Numbered from the stretch's first letter, positions 30,427 through 40,052 are shown. The stretch is DNA of 64,000 nt from Candidatus Latescibacterota bacterium (GCA_965197905.1 CBDAOB010000005.1:256001-320000), one strand, 5' to 3'. Translations and numbers: made by a program. The notes: generated from the sequence alone by a model not told the origin.

Positions 30427-33225
30427 TTGGTAATCAATTTCCAGCCGCTCTCTCGATTCGGGAGCGGTTTTTTTTTCGTCCCCCTGCGCCACGCCACCTG
30501 TCGCGGAATTCTCATCCTACTGAGCCTTTCCGCGGTTTACTTAACAGCCCCGCAGACGGCATCCGCTTCCTGTGCGCAACGGCCGCTATGGCCCCTGCGC
30601 GGAGCGACTCCAGTTCAGGGCACCTGCGGCGCGCTGGTGATCTTCGCCCGCTTCCAGGGTGAGGCCGCGAGCGCAACAGCACCCCCGTTCGCGGCTGAGA
30701 TTTTCGATCCACAGCGCGCCGGCAGCCTGAGCCATTTCTACAGCGAAATGTCCCATGGTCAGTTTGCCCTCACCGGCGAGGTTCTGGAGCGCTGGTACGC
30801 TTCCGAAAACAACGCCCAGTTCTACATGGCGAACACCGGGCCGCAGGATTCCTTTGGTCTGTTCGCGGCCGACATCCTACGCCAGGTGGACAACGAGATT
30901 GATTTCGGCCTGTTCGACAACGACGGGACCGATGGCGTTCCGAACTCCGGCGATGACGACGGCTTCGTGGATATGATCTTCATGACCATGCTGACGGTCC
31001 CGCAAGGGTTCTTGATCGGCACCGCGACCGGTGTCGCCCGGCTGGGTCTGCGCGAGAACTTCACCACCGCGGATCCCTCCCGTCGCGGTGGATCGATCAA
31101 GATTCGCAACGATACCCATAGGAATGGACCGGCCGGGGTCCTGCTGCGGGGCCACACATTCGAGGTGGCCGTGGGCAGCATGGCGCACGAATTCGGCCAT
31201 TTCCTCGGGTTGCCCGATCTCTTCAACACCCGTTTCGCGCAAGCGGAGGGAGCGATCGAACCTGAACAGGATTCGGCCGGAATCGGGTACTGGGGGTTGA
31301 TGGCTCACGGAACCCGTGGCTGGGATGAAGCCGGTGGTCCGAATCCGTTTTGCGCCTGGAGTCTGGAGCAGCTTGGGTGGATCGGCGCAAACAACAGCGA
31401 CCTGGAGGTCGTCGAGAGCAACCGGTTTGATGTTGAGTTCGTGGATGTGAACGCCGGCGGCAAGGTTAGGAAGATCGCGATATCCGGTTCCGAGGAGTAC
31501 TTCCTCATCGAGCATAGAGGCCGGGAGACGAGCTACTACGAGCGGGATCTGCCCGCCAGCGGATTGCTCGTATGGCATGTGGATCCTTCACAGCCAGATG
31601 ATGACGATGAACGTGCCAAGCTGGTCGACCTGGTATCCGCAGATGGATTGTATGTCGACGCCGGGTTCCCCCTGGGCAGCGAACCCGCGCCACGGGTCGG
31701 TTTCGACAATCTCGATTTCTGGGCCAACGACGATGAGTACCAACGCACCCGGGGCGGAAACCTTGGTGACGCCGGTGATCCGTTCGATGGCGTTACCACT
31801 ACCGAATTTTCCGTTGTCTCCAATCCCGCCGCCCCTTCAGGGCTTGCCATCGCCAACATCAGGCGCACTTCCGGCGGCATGGTCGCCGATATTCTGCTAG
31901 ACGATCGTCGCCGTGCAGGGATCGTACTCGACGACGAAGAGTGGCAAGGATCCATACAGGTCGTGGGGGATGTAGTCGTTGGTCCCCGGGGGCGGTTGGA
32001 GATCGCGGGCGGGACCCACGTCGCGTTCTCGGCGGACGAACTTGCTCGCGGATTGGATCCCGCACGCACCGAGCTCGTCGTCGAAGGCGTGCTCGTCATC
32101 AATCGACCTGGCAGCGGTGAAGTCACGTTGACCTCCGACCGGGACAACCCGGCTCCCGGCGATTGGTACGGAATATATCTGCGACCCGCTGGTAGCCTGT
32201 TTGCGTCTTCCACCACGATCGAATTCCCCCTGGTCGGACTGCGTTCGGGAACGCTTGAAGGGGTTCATCAGCTGGAGGAGCTTTCCATACGCTGGGCGGA
32301 TCAGGGCATTGGACTGGACGATCTGCAGGGTCAGATGGACCTGTCCGATCTGGACGTGCGTGACTCACGGGGCGCGGGTGTCGTGGTGAACGGTCGCGGT
32401 TCGTTGAATCTGCACTCGGCGGCTTTGGTGAACAACGGCGGTGCAGGTCTCGTAAGGTCCGGTGGAGAGTTGGTGTTTACCCGCGGCGAGCTCACCGGAA
32501 ACGGTCTTGTCGCGGCCGCGGCTGCCAACATGGATCTGCGGCTCGGCACATTCGGTCGAGTCACCAGTAGCACCTTCCGCGAGGGAATCGGGATGCGATT
32601 GTCTGATACCCAGGAGGTGCTCATCCGAGCCAATAGCTTCTCCGATCAGCAAGTGGGGATAACCTCGAGCAACTCGCGGCCGCAGATTCTCAGCAACCGA
32701 TTCTCCCGCAACGAGCTCGCCATGGAACTCTCCGGCGACATGGTGCCCGTGAGGCTGGAGCTGAACACCGTTCACGATAGCGATCGGTTGCTGGAAAACA
32801 ACGCCGCCGTCGAGGTCGTGGCCACCAACAACTGGTGGGGCACCAGCGACTCACGGTCGATAGCCGGGCGCATTCTGGGTGCGGTCGTGTGGCAGCCGTT
32901 CCTGAATTTCGATCCGCGCAATCCGGTGGATTTCGGGCTGGCTCAAAGCTACCCCAATCCGTTCAACGGCAGTGTCGTCATAGAATACACCGTTGGTCTG
33001 GACGATTCCGTGGTGGAAGAGGAAAACGAAGTACTGGTCGAAGTGCGCAACACCGCCGGCGCCCTGGTGCGCCGATTGGTGCGCGAAGCTGCCTTTCCGG
33101 GGGTCTACAGCATCACCTGGGACGGGCGCGATGAGGCGGGAGTTCAGGTCGGCACCGGGGTCTACTATTACTGGTTGCGGATCGGATCGACCGTCGCATT
33201 TCGAAAAATGATGGTTCTGCGCTAA
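30427..33225 (+). CDS. M6 (immune inhibitor A-like) metalloprotease with beta-helix and FlgD-Ig/T9SS-like tail; start uncertain
   Basis: FYSEMSHGQ, FDNDG.DG.PNSGDDDGFVD, HEFGHFLGLPDL, WGLM, EYFLIE, GLLVWHVD, SYPNPFN tail. Confidence 0.88.
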   Translation: MVINFQPLSRFGSGFFFVPLRHATCRGILILLSLSAVYLTAPQTASASCAQRPLWPLRGATPVQGTCGALVIFARFQGEAASATAPPFAAEIFDPQRAGSLSHFYSEMSHGQFALTGEVLERWYASENNAQFYMANTGPQDSFGLFAADILRQVDNEIDFGLFDNDGTDGVPNSGDDDGFVDMIFMTMLTVPQGFLIGTATGVARLGLRENFTTADPSRRGGSIKIRNDTHRNGPAGVLLRGHTFEVAVGSMAHEFGHFLGLPDLFNTRFAQAEGAIEPEQDSAGIGYWGLMAHGTRGWDEAGGPNPFCAWSLEQLGWIGANNSDLEVVESNRFDVEFVDVNAGGKVRKIAISGSEEYFLIEHRGRETSYYERDLPASGLLVWHVDPSQPDDDDERAKLVDLVSADGLYVDAGFPLGSEPAPRVGFDNLDFWANDDEYQRTRGGNLGDAGDPFDGVTTTEFSVVSNPAAPSGLAIANIRRTSGGMVADILLDDRRRAGIVLDDEEWQGSIQVVGDVVVGPRGRLEIAGGTHVAFSADELARGLDPARTELVVEGVLVINRPGSGEVTLTSDRDNPAPGDWYGIYLRPAGSLFASSTTIEFPLVGLRSGTLEGVHQLEELSIRWADQGIGLDDLQGQMDLSDLDVRDSRGAGVVVNGRGSLNLHSAALVNNGGAGLVRSGGELVFTRGELTGNGLVAAAAANMDLRLGTFGRVTSSTFREGIGMRLSDTQEVLIRANSFSDQQVGITSSNSRPQILSNRFSRNELAMELSGDMVPVRLELNTVHDSDRLLENNAAVEVVATNNWWGTSDSRSIAGRILGAVVWQPFLNFDPRNPVDFGLAQSYPNPFNGSVVIEYTVGLDDSVVEEENEVLVEVRNTAGALVRRLVREAAFPGVYSITWDGRDEAGVQVGTGVYYYWLRIGSTVAFRKMMVLR
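30443..30476 (+). terminator. Intrinsic terminator after the HD-GYP gene
   Basis: AGCCGCTCTC/GGGAGCGGTT stem running into a T9 tract. Confidence 0.75.
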
Positions 33226-33446
33226 GTATATTGAAGGAAAGAATTTCCGCTGTCCGCGCCCTTTCCAATTGGGATCGATCGAGACAGCCACCATGGATCG
33301 TGGTGTTCGAAGCAAGCTACCAATATGTAGACATGGCCGGGGGTCGTAGGCGTTCTAGCAAATTCCGCGCGGCGGCAACGTAAGCTTGCTTAACATCCAT
33401 AATTTACTAAAGATTAGGGTGCTCCAACCGATTTAACTACAAGGAA

Positions 33447-33462
33447 TGGCCTTCAATTTGCT
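33447..33462 (+). promoter_or_regulatory. Candidate sigma-54 (-24/-12) promoter
   Basis: TGGC-CTTCAAT-TTGCT (GG-N10-GC) in an AT-rich intergenic region upstream of 33549. Confidence 0.45.
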
Positions 33463-33548
33463 CAAAACCAGTTTCGGCGAATTCCGGGTGTGGCACCTAC
33501 TCGGCGCCGCGAATTACCCCAGGAAGGAAGCAGTCGAGCACTGAGGAC

Positions 33549-34586
33549 ATGACCATGATAAAGAGAAAACTGGCGCTGATTTCTGTACTACTGCTGTTGG
33601 CCACAGGCAGCCACGCGGGAGAGGGACTGATCACCAAGGTCCGCGGTTCCAACTTGACCGTCGACAAGGGTGCCGAAGACGGGCTCACCGTCGGCATGAA
33701 GGTCATCGTCATTCGACCGCCGACAGAAGCCGTCATTCATCCCGTTACGGGAGAGAATCTGGGAGCGCCCGAGATCAATCTGGGTCCCGGCGAGATCACC
33801 AAAACTTCTGGCAGAGCCTCCAACGTGAATCTGGCACAGCGTCCGCTCATGGGCGTGCGTCCCGGAGACCTGGTGCGTTTCACGACTCCAGAAGAAGAGA
33901 TGATCATGGAGCAGGAGAGCGCCATGGTCAGCAAGGAGAAGGCGCAAGGCGAGCGCCGGGCCCTGCGCGGCAATATCTCCGGCCTCACCAAGAAGATTCA
34001 AGCTACGCAGCGACGTATTAGCGGCTTAGAAGCCATCCTCAAGCGACTCGATCGCACGCAGAACGGATTTATCACCCAGCTTCAGTTGGCCCACAAAGAC
34101 ATCACCCTTATGAAAGAGGATATCGACGACATCAAAGAGTCGATTTCCCTGATGGGCGCCGTGCCGGTGGATGAGATGGGGGAAGCCGGAGCTGCCGGTT
34201 TCGATCTGCAAAACGAAGAGAATCTGACCCAGCTCAAGGATGTGGTTCAGGGTATGATCGACGAGCTGCGGGCCGAAATCCCGGCGCAGGTGATGGAGCC
34301 GGAGGAGGAGATCGATCTAGGCGAGGACGAAGATCTCGATCTGGAAGAAGAGGTAGAGGAAGAGCCTCCGTTCTACACACAGACCTGGTTTTTCGGAATC
34401 ATCGGAGCTATCGGTATTCTCGCGGTTGTTGCATTCCTCTATTTGAAGATGGCAGCGGCCAGCGAGGAAGACGAGGAGGATGAGGAGGACGACGAAGAGG
34501 AAGAGCTCGATGACGAAGAAGACGAGGATGATGAAGACTTTGAGGTCGAAGAAGAAGACGATATCATCGTAGAAGAGACATCGTGA
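33549..34586 (+). CDS. Exported/membrane protein: FlgT-C-like beta domain, coiled coil, TM helix, poly-acidic tail
   Basis: VDKGAEDG...HPVTGENLG, heptad region, WFFGIIGAIGILAVVAFLYL, D/E-rich C-terminus. Confidence 0.65.
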   Translation: MTMIKRKLALISVLLLLATGSHAGEGLITKVRGSNLTVDKGAEDGLTVGMKVIVIRPPTEAVIHPVTGENLGAPEINLGPGEITKTSGRASNVNLAQRPLMGVRPGDLVRFTTPEEEMIMEQESAMVSKEKAQGERRALRGNISGLTKKIQATQRRISGLEAILKRLDRTQNGFITQLQLAHKDITLMKEDIDDIKESISLMGAVPVDEMGEAGAAGFDLQNEENLTQLKDVVQGMIDELRAEIPAQVMEPEEEIDLGEDEDLDLEEEVEEEPPFYTQTWFFGIIGAIGILAVVAFLYLKMAAASEEDEEDEEDDEEEELDDEEDEDDEDFEVEEEDDIIVEETS

Positions 34587-34633
34587 CCAGAGGAATCAAA
34601 AACGCGTTAGATACGCCGGACCGAGGTGCCGTC

Positions 34634-35431
34634 ATGCTCAAGACTTTTTTTTGGCTTTGTCTGGCCATCGCCCTGTTATGCCAGACCGCCGAGGCGAAGA
34701 TGGCGGACAAGGGAGTCATCATCAGAGTGGTCGAAGGGCTCGTCTACATCGACCAGGGACAACGGGATGGCGTGATGGAGGGAGATCTTTTCGACATCAT
34801 TTCTCACGAGGTGCTCTCCCATCCATTGACCGGCGACACGTTGGCGGTAACCCCCAAAAGCGTTGGAGCTCTACGCGTGCGGCAGGTGCTCCCGAAGATG
34901 TCCATTGCGCAGGTTATGCAGCTCCATTCCGGCTTCGACCCCATGTTGATGGAGATTGCCCGGGTGCAGACTCCCGAGCGGCTTATGGAGATCGAGATGC
35001 TGGCCAAACGCACCATGTTCGCCAACATGGGGATTTCCCGGAGAATGGCGTTTATTCCCGCCCTCTATCAGATGAAGATGGGGGACGAGCGCAAGGGGTG
35101 GACGTTGCTGGCTCTGGATGGTGCCGCCCTGGCCGCGGGCATAGGCTACCGCATGAACAGCAACGACTGGAAGGATCGATACGATCGTCTACCCGCCGGA
35201 ACTGCACAAAGCGATTTCGATTTCTACTTCAACGAAGCGAACGACCGGCGCAAGAGAGGGAATCGATTTCTATGGCTGGCCGGCGCCCTCTACGCCTACA
35301 ATTGGGTGGACGCGCTGTGGATGGGCAATGGGGGCATGAGCTACAAGAAATCTCAGCAACCGATGATTGATCTCGGGCTCGGTTTTGGCCGCGAGGGCAA
35401 CGCGATGCTGCAGCTGTCGAGTCGATTCTGA
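34634..35431 (+). CDS. Exported protein with FlgT-C-like domain and DUF5683-like helical C-terminus
   Basis: VYIDQGQRDGV...HPLTG, FIPALYQ...KGW, LYAYNWVDA; GAGG RBS. Confidence 0.6.
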   Translation: MLKTFFWLCLAIALLCQTAEAKMADKGVIIRVVEGLVYIDQGQRDGVMEGDLFDIISHEVLSHPLTGDTLAVTPKSVGALRVRQVLPKMSIAQVMQLHSGFDPMLMEIARVQTPERLMEIEMLAKRTMFANMGISRRMAFIPALYQMKMGDERKGWTLLALDGAALAAGIGYRMNSNDWKDRYDRLPAGTAQSDFDFYFNEANDRRKRGNRFLWLAGALYAYNWVDALWMGNGGMSYKKSQQPMIDLGLGFGREGNAMLQLSSRF

Positions 35432-35441
35432 GCTAACGAAG

Positions 35442-35900
35442 ATGTCGGCTCTCAAACATTTCTCGTTTCTTCTCCTCGGTCTCTGGCTCACCGCGTGCGG
35501 GGAGTTCGATCGCGACAATCCGGTCGATCCCGTCGTCAGCGGCGGGGTGGATCTCAGGGAACTCCTCGTGGGCACCTGGAGTCGGGCAGACACGGAAAAG
35601 AACGAAGTCTACTTCTTTACCGGTGACGGGCGCGTCGAGCTGCGGGACTACACCTCGACTGGAGAGGGGGCCATCGATCGCAACGCATCGTTTCCACCTA
35701 CGAGAGTCCGCAGCTTTACGGGCTCCTATTCCCTGGTGGGGAACGTGCTGCGGATCACTTTCACCCTCGCCCAATCCAGCGATCCCAACGAGCGCCTGAG
35801 TCTCCCATCCAGCGACAAGGTCGTTGAGATATCCATATCGGGCACCCGCCTGGTGCTGAAGGAGCGGGACGGCGACCGCCAGTACGCCCGCATGAGCTGA
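35442..35900 (+). CDS. Lipoprotein, lipocalin-like
   Basis: Lipobox LTAC, RDNPVDP, LVGTW. Confidence 0.7.
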   Translation: MSALKHFSFLLLGLWLTACGEFDRDNPVDPVVSGGVDLRELLVGTWSRADTEKNEVYFFTGDGRVELRDYTSTGEGAIDRNASFPPTRVRSFTGSYSLVGNVLRITFTLAQSSDPNERLSLPSSDKVVEISISGTRLVLKERDGDRQYARMS

Positions 35901-36009
35901 ATTGCCGCGGGTTCTGCCCGCAGACTCAGCTTCGTTCAACAGCTTGCTCCGAGTACTCCCAACCTTATATTCCTGATCCAACCCCCTTTGCCGGTGAACG
36001 GACCTCTCT

Positions 36010-37806
36010 TTGGGCATAGCCGTCATCGATTTCGGTGGGCAGTACGCCCACCTGATCGCCAACCGCATCCGCCGACTCAAGGTGTTTGCGGAGATACACC
36101 CTCCCACGTCAACCCCAGCTGATCTTGCCGCCGCCGACGGCTTGATTCTGTCGGGCGGCCCCTCCAGCGTCTACGCCCCGGACCAGCCTCGGTACAACCC
36201 CGAAATCCTGCACCTCGAAAAGCCGATTCTGGGTCTGTGCTACGGCCACCAGCTTTTATGCCAGGAGTTCGGCGGGGTCGTCTCTCCGGGGGACACCATG
36301 GAGTTCGGAGCCGCCCATTTGCAGGTGGGGCAAGCGGCCGGTGTGCTCGCTGGATTGGCCGACGAAGAGCCGGTCTGGATGAGTCACCGGGACGCCGTCA
36401 CCGCCCTGCCGACCGACTTCGAAATCCTCGCCAGCACCAGCGACTGCGCGGTGGCGGCGATGGGCGACCTGCAACGCAACATCTACGGCTTGCAGTTTCA
36501 TCCCGAAGTGAGCCACACGGCTTCCGGAATGGAAGTCCTCGACAACTTTCTGGATATATGCGGCAGCCCGCGCGACTGGACCATGGAGCATTACATCAAA
36601 GAGGTGATGGGCCGGATCGAGAAACAATGCGCTGGTCGCAAGGTGTTCCTCCTGGTCAGCGGCGGCGTCGATTCCACCGTCTCATTCCTGTTGTTGAATC
36701 AGGCTCTGGGCGAAGAACGGGTCCTGGGATTACACATCGACAACGGGTTCATGCGCAAGAACGAAACGGCGCTGGTGCGCCGCCTCATGAATGAATCCGG
36801 ATTCCGCAATCTGCAGGTAGTGGAAGCCAGCGCAAGCTTTCTGGATGCCGTAGAGGGTGTCGTCGAGCCGGAGGAGAAACGCCGCCTCATCGGAGCGGAG
36901 TTTCTACACGTTCGCGATCGCGCGTTGCAGGAAATGAAGCTCGATCCGAACGAATGGCTCCTGGGTCAGGGGACCCTCTACACCGACACCATAGAGTCGG
37001 GCGGCACTGAAAACTCGGCGGTCATCAAGACCCATCACAACCGAGTCGACATCATCGAACAGCTGCTGGCCGAAGGCAAGGTGGTCGAGCCGCTGGATCA
37101 GCTCTACAAGGATGAAGTCCGCGAGCTTGGGGAGACACTTGGCTTGCCGCACCACCTCGTCTGGCGCCATCCGTTTCCGGGGCCGGGCCTCGGGGTTCGT
37201 GCCCTTTGCAGCGAGGGCAGCCCGGGAAGCAATGGAATCGCTGACGCAGCGCCGGCCCTGCAGGCGACCGGCGCCCGCTTCGGGCACCTGGAGATCGGAA
37301 TCTTGCCGCTGCAGAGTGTCGGAGTACAGGGAGACTCGCGCACCTACGCGCACCCGGCGGTGATCTCCGGGCGCGCGGATTGGGATCAGCTGGAGGAGCT
37401 ATCCACGGAGCTGACCAACGAGATTCCGCAGATCAACCGGGTAGTGTATCTGCTGGGGCCAGAGGTGCGACCAACACAACGGATAAAACCGGCCTTCTTG
37501 AGTCGCGATCGTCTCGACCTTCTGCGCGAAGCCGATGCCATCGCCATGGATGCTCTCGAACGCCACGGACTCATGACCGAGGTTACCCAGATGCCGACGG
37601 TCCTTGTGCCGCTTTCCTCCAACGGGGTCAACGAGAGCGTGGTGTTGCGACCGATCTCCACCGACGACTTCATGACGGCGCGATTCAGCCATCTTCCGCA
37701 CGCCTTCATCGACGACGTCACCGCTAGGCTATTGGAGCTGGAGGGGATCGAGGCGGTGTTCTACGACGTTACCCACAAACCTCCCGGAACCGTGGAGTGG
37801 GAATAG
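36010..37806 (+). CDS. guaA: GMP synthase (glutamine-hydrolysing)
   Basis: DFGGQY, LSGGP, LCYGHQ, QFHPEV, SGGVDS, IKTHHN, RHPFPGPGL, KPPGTVEWE. Confidence 0.97.
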   Translation: MGIAVIDFGGQYAHLIANRIRRLKVFAEIHPPTSTPADLAAADGLILSGGPSSVYAPDQPRYNPEILHLEKPILGLCYGHQLLCQEFGGVVSPGDTMEFGAAHLQVGQAAGVLAGLADEEPVWMSHRDAVTALPTDFEILASTSDCAVAAMGDLQRNIYGLQFHPEVSHTASGMEVLDNFLDICGSPRDWTMEHYIKEVMGRIEKQCAGRKVFLLVSGGVDSTVSFLLLNQALGEERVLGLHIDNGFMRKNETALVRRLMNESGFRNLQVVEASASFLDAVEGVVEPEEKRRLIGAEFLHVRDRALQEMKLDPNEWLLGQGTLYTDTIESGGTENSAVIKTHHNRVDIIEQLLAEGKVVEPLDQLYKDEVRELGETLGLPHHLVWRHPFPGPGLGVRALCSEGSPGSNGIADAAPALQATGARFGHLEIGILPLQSVGVQGDSRTYAHPAVISGRADWDQLEELSTELTNEIPQINRVVYLLGPEVRPTQRIKPAFLSRDRLDLLREADAIAMDALERHGLMTEVTQMPTVLVPLSSNGVNESVVLRPISTDDFMTARFSHLPHAFIDDVTARLLELEGIEAVFYDVTHKPPGTVEWE

Positions 37807-37807
37807 A

Positions 37808-39052
37808 TCACCTGATCAAGGTGTATTTGCTCTTGCCGCGGCGGATGACCAGAAACTTGCCGTGCAAGCCGTCTGCCTTGCGCAACGCTCGATCCAGCTC
37901 GGTGCACCGCTCTCCATTCACGTAGATCGCGCCATTCTTGATGTCCTCCCGCGCTTGCCGTTTGGAGGACGACACCTTCGACGTTACCAGTAAATCCACC
38001 AGATTCAATTCTTCTTCCACCATCGAGTGCGACGGGACATCGTTGAAACCCTCCTCGATCTCTGCTTCTGCAAGCTCCTGAAGGTTCCCGTAGAACAGGG
38101 CCTGGGAGATCTTCTCGGCGGTCTTGGCTGCGTCTTTACCGTGCACCGTCTCGGTCACCTCGGCGGCCAAGCGGCGCTGCGCTTCCCGCTTTTCCGGTTG
38201 GGAACGAGTAACGTCCTCGATCTTGCCGATCTCCTTCCGGCCCAGGAAGGTGAACATACGCAGGTAGTTCAGGGCGCTGTTGTCATCGCTATTGACCCAG
38301 AACTGGTAGAATTGGTACGGGGAGGTTTTCCCGGCGTCCATCCACACCGCACCGCGCTCACTCTTACCGAACTTGCCGCCATCCGCTTTGGTCACCAGCG
38401 GGTTCGTAAGACCGAACGCCTTCTTGGAGGTAGCGCGGCGAATCAGATCGGAACCCGCTGTGATATTGCCCCACTGGTCCGACCCGCCGATCTGCAGCTC
38501 GCACTGGTGATCCTGCAGCAGGCGGAGGAAGTCGTAGGCCTGCAAGGTCATGTAACTGAACTCGGTGTAGGAGATTCCGGCGGCAAGGCGAGAGGCGACC
38601 GAATCCTTGGCCAGCATGTACGGAATCGGGAAGTGCTTGCCCACATCGCGAAAGAAATCGATCGCCTTTATCTCTCCCAGCCAGTCGTGATTGTTGACCA
38701 CCTTAGCCGGATTCGTCGCGACCTCGAAGTCCAGAATCGGCTCCACCTGCCGGCGAATCCTCTCCGTCCAGGCGGCGACCGTCTCGGCCGTGTTGAGACC
38801 GCGCTCTTCCGAGCGGCCGCTGGGATCGCCGATCAGTCCGGTGCCCCCGCCCACCAGCGCGATGGGGGAGTGGCCGGCCAGCTGGAAACGGCGCAAGACC
38901 AAAATCGGCAGCAGGTTGCCAATGGTGAGACTGTCGGCCGTAGGATCGAATCCGCTGTAGAGCGTGATCGGTCCCGACTTCAAGCGCTCCGGCAATCCAT
39001 CTGTGGACTGGTACAGCAACCCCCGCCATTGTAGATCTTCTAGAATGTCCAT
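37808..39052 (-). CDS. tyrS: Tyrosine--tRNA ligase
   Basis: GFDPTADSL, GGGTGLIGDPSG, EFSY..LQAYDF, QIGGSDQWGN, KFGKS, S4-like tail RRGK. Confidence 0.97.
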   Translation of the reverse strand: MDILEDLQWRGLLYQSTDGLPERLKSGPITLYSGFDPTADSLTIGNLLPILVLRRFQLAGHSPIALVGGGTGLIGDPSGRSEERGLNTAETVAAWTERIRRQVEPILDFEVATNPAKVVNNHDWLGEIKAIDFFRDVGKHFPIPYMLAKDSVASRLAAGISYTEFSYMTLQAYDFLRLLQDHQCELQIGGSDQWGNITAGSDLIRRATSKKAFGLTNPLVTKADGGKFGKSERGAVWMDAGKTSPYQFYQFWVNSDDNSALNYLRMFTFLGRKEIGKIEDVTRSQPEKREAQRRLAAEVTETVHGKDAAKTAEKISQALFYGNLQELAEAEIEEGFNDVPSHSMVEEELNLVDLLVTSKVSSSKRQAREDIKNGAIYVNGERCTELDRALRKADGLHGKFLVIRRGKSKYTLIR

Positions 39053-39071
39053 AGTGCTCTCCGTTTAGAAC

Positions 39072-39099
39072 AAAAAAAACCCCCGAGAATCGGGGGTTT
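39072..39099 (-). terminator. Attenuator terminator in the tyrS leader
   Basis: mRNA AAACCCCCGA-UUC-UCGGGGG-U8, ending about 20 nt before the tyrS ATG. Confidence 0.85.
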
Positions 39100-39130
39100 G
39101 CACAGATCGTCGCGAAACACGTCGGTGATA

Positions 39131-39187
39131 TTATCCCCCGTACTGTTTTTCAAGACGATAATAATAGGATTTCAGCGTCATATTCAT
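39131..39187 (-). CDS. Tyr-rich leader peptide of tyrS (MNMTLKSYYYRLEKQYGG)
   Basis: ATG AAT ATG ACG CTG AAA TCC TAT TAT TAT CGT CTT GAA AAA CAG TAC GGG GGA TAA; alternative ATG at 39181. Confidence 0.8.
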   Translation of the reverse strand: MNMTLKSYYYRLEKQYGG

Positions 39188-39207
39188 TTGCCCGTGGATT
39201 CAATCGG

Positions 39208-39236
39208 AATATAGGGGGCCACGAGACGAACGGCAA
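39208..39236 (-). promoter_or_regulatory. Sigma70-like promoter for the tyrS leader
   Basis: TTGCCG-N17-TATATT on the minus strand, just upstream of the leader ATG. Confidence 0.55.
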
Positions 39237-39260
39237 CCCTGTCCTGGCCGTTCGTCGCTC

Positions 39261-40052
39261 CTATACCATGTCGGTTTCCTCGTTGCCCTTGAACAGGGTG
39301 AAGGTACCACCCTGCGGATCGGACACGACCGCGAAGCGGCCCACAGGGATGTCGGTCGCCGGCACACAAACCTTGCCGCCAAGCTCGGTCACCTTCGCGG
39401 CCCCGCCGTCGACGTCGTCGCAGCCGATATAGACCATCCAGTGCGCCGGGACCTCCGCCGGAAAGTCATCGCCCATGGCGAAAATGCCACCGTTGCCGCG
39501 GTCGCCCACTTTGCCGATGTAATAGGTGCCCATCTCGCCCAGGTCCATCTCTTCGTAGGTCCAGCCCAACAGGTCGCCGTAGAAAGCGCAGGCTTTCTCC
39601 TGGTCGCGGGTTGCCAGCTCGTTCCAGGTCAGCGCGCCATGCTCGTTGAAGACAGTGGCTCCAGTGTGTTCCTTCGGTTGCCACAGGGAAACCACCGCCC
39701 CGGTGGGGTCCTGGATAATGCTCATGCGTCCCGCGTCCATCACGTCCATGACTGGCATTATCACCGTGCCGCCCAATTCGGAGGCGCGCGCGGTTGTAGC
39801 GTCGGCAACCTCGACCAGGATGTAGGAATTCCACACCGGCGGCATCCCGGATTGCTCGGGGTTCTGAGCGCCCATGCCGGCGACATCAACGTCGCCTTTG
39901 GAGAACATGGTATAGAAACCGTACTCGCCGGCGGGCTTGTCCTCGTGGGTCCAGCCAAAGAGGGAGCCGTAGAATGTCTTTGCGGACTCCACGTCCGGAG
40001 TCATGAGATCGCACCAGCAAAACATCGTGGGTTTCAGCTCGACAGCGGGCAT
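39261..40052 (-). CDS. Two-domain VOC/glyoxalase family protein
   Basis: FCWCDL.TPD...FY..LFGW, GRM...DPTGA, WNELATRD, GRFAVVSDPQG. Confidence 0.9.
   Translation of the reverse strand: MPAVELKPTMFCWCDLMTPDVESAKTFYGSLFGWTHEDKPAGEYGFYTMFSKGDVDVAGMGAQNPEQSGMPPVWNSYILVEVADATTARASELGGTVIMPVMDVMDAGRMSIIQDPTGAVVSLWQPKEHTGATVFNEHGALTWNELATRDQEKACAFYGDLLGWTYEEMDLGEMGTYYIGKVGDRGNGGIFAMGDDFPAEVPAHWMVYIGCDDVDGGAAKVTELGGKVCVPATDIPVGRFAVVSDPQGGTFTLFKGNEETDMV

Noticed and set aside
39052..39260. T-box riboswitch upstream of tyrS
   Set aside because: No T-box consensus (GGTGG.ACCGCG) and the leader is too short for stem I; the leader-peptide model explains the region.
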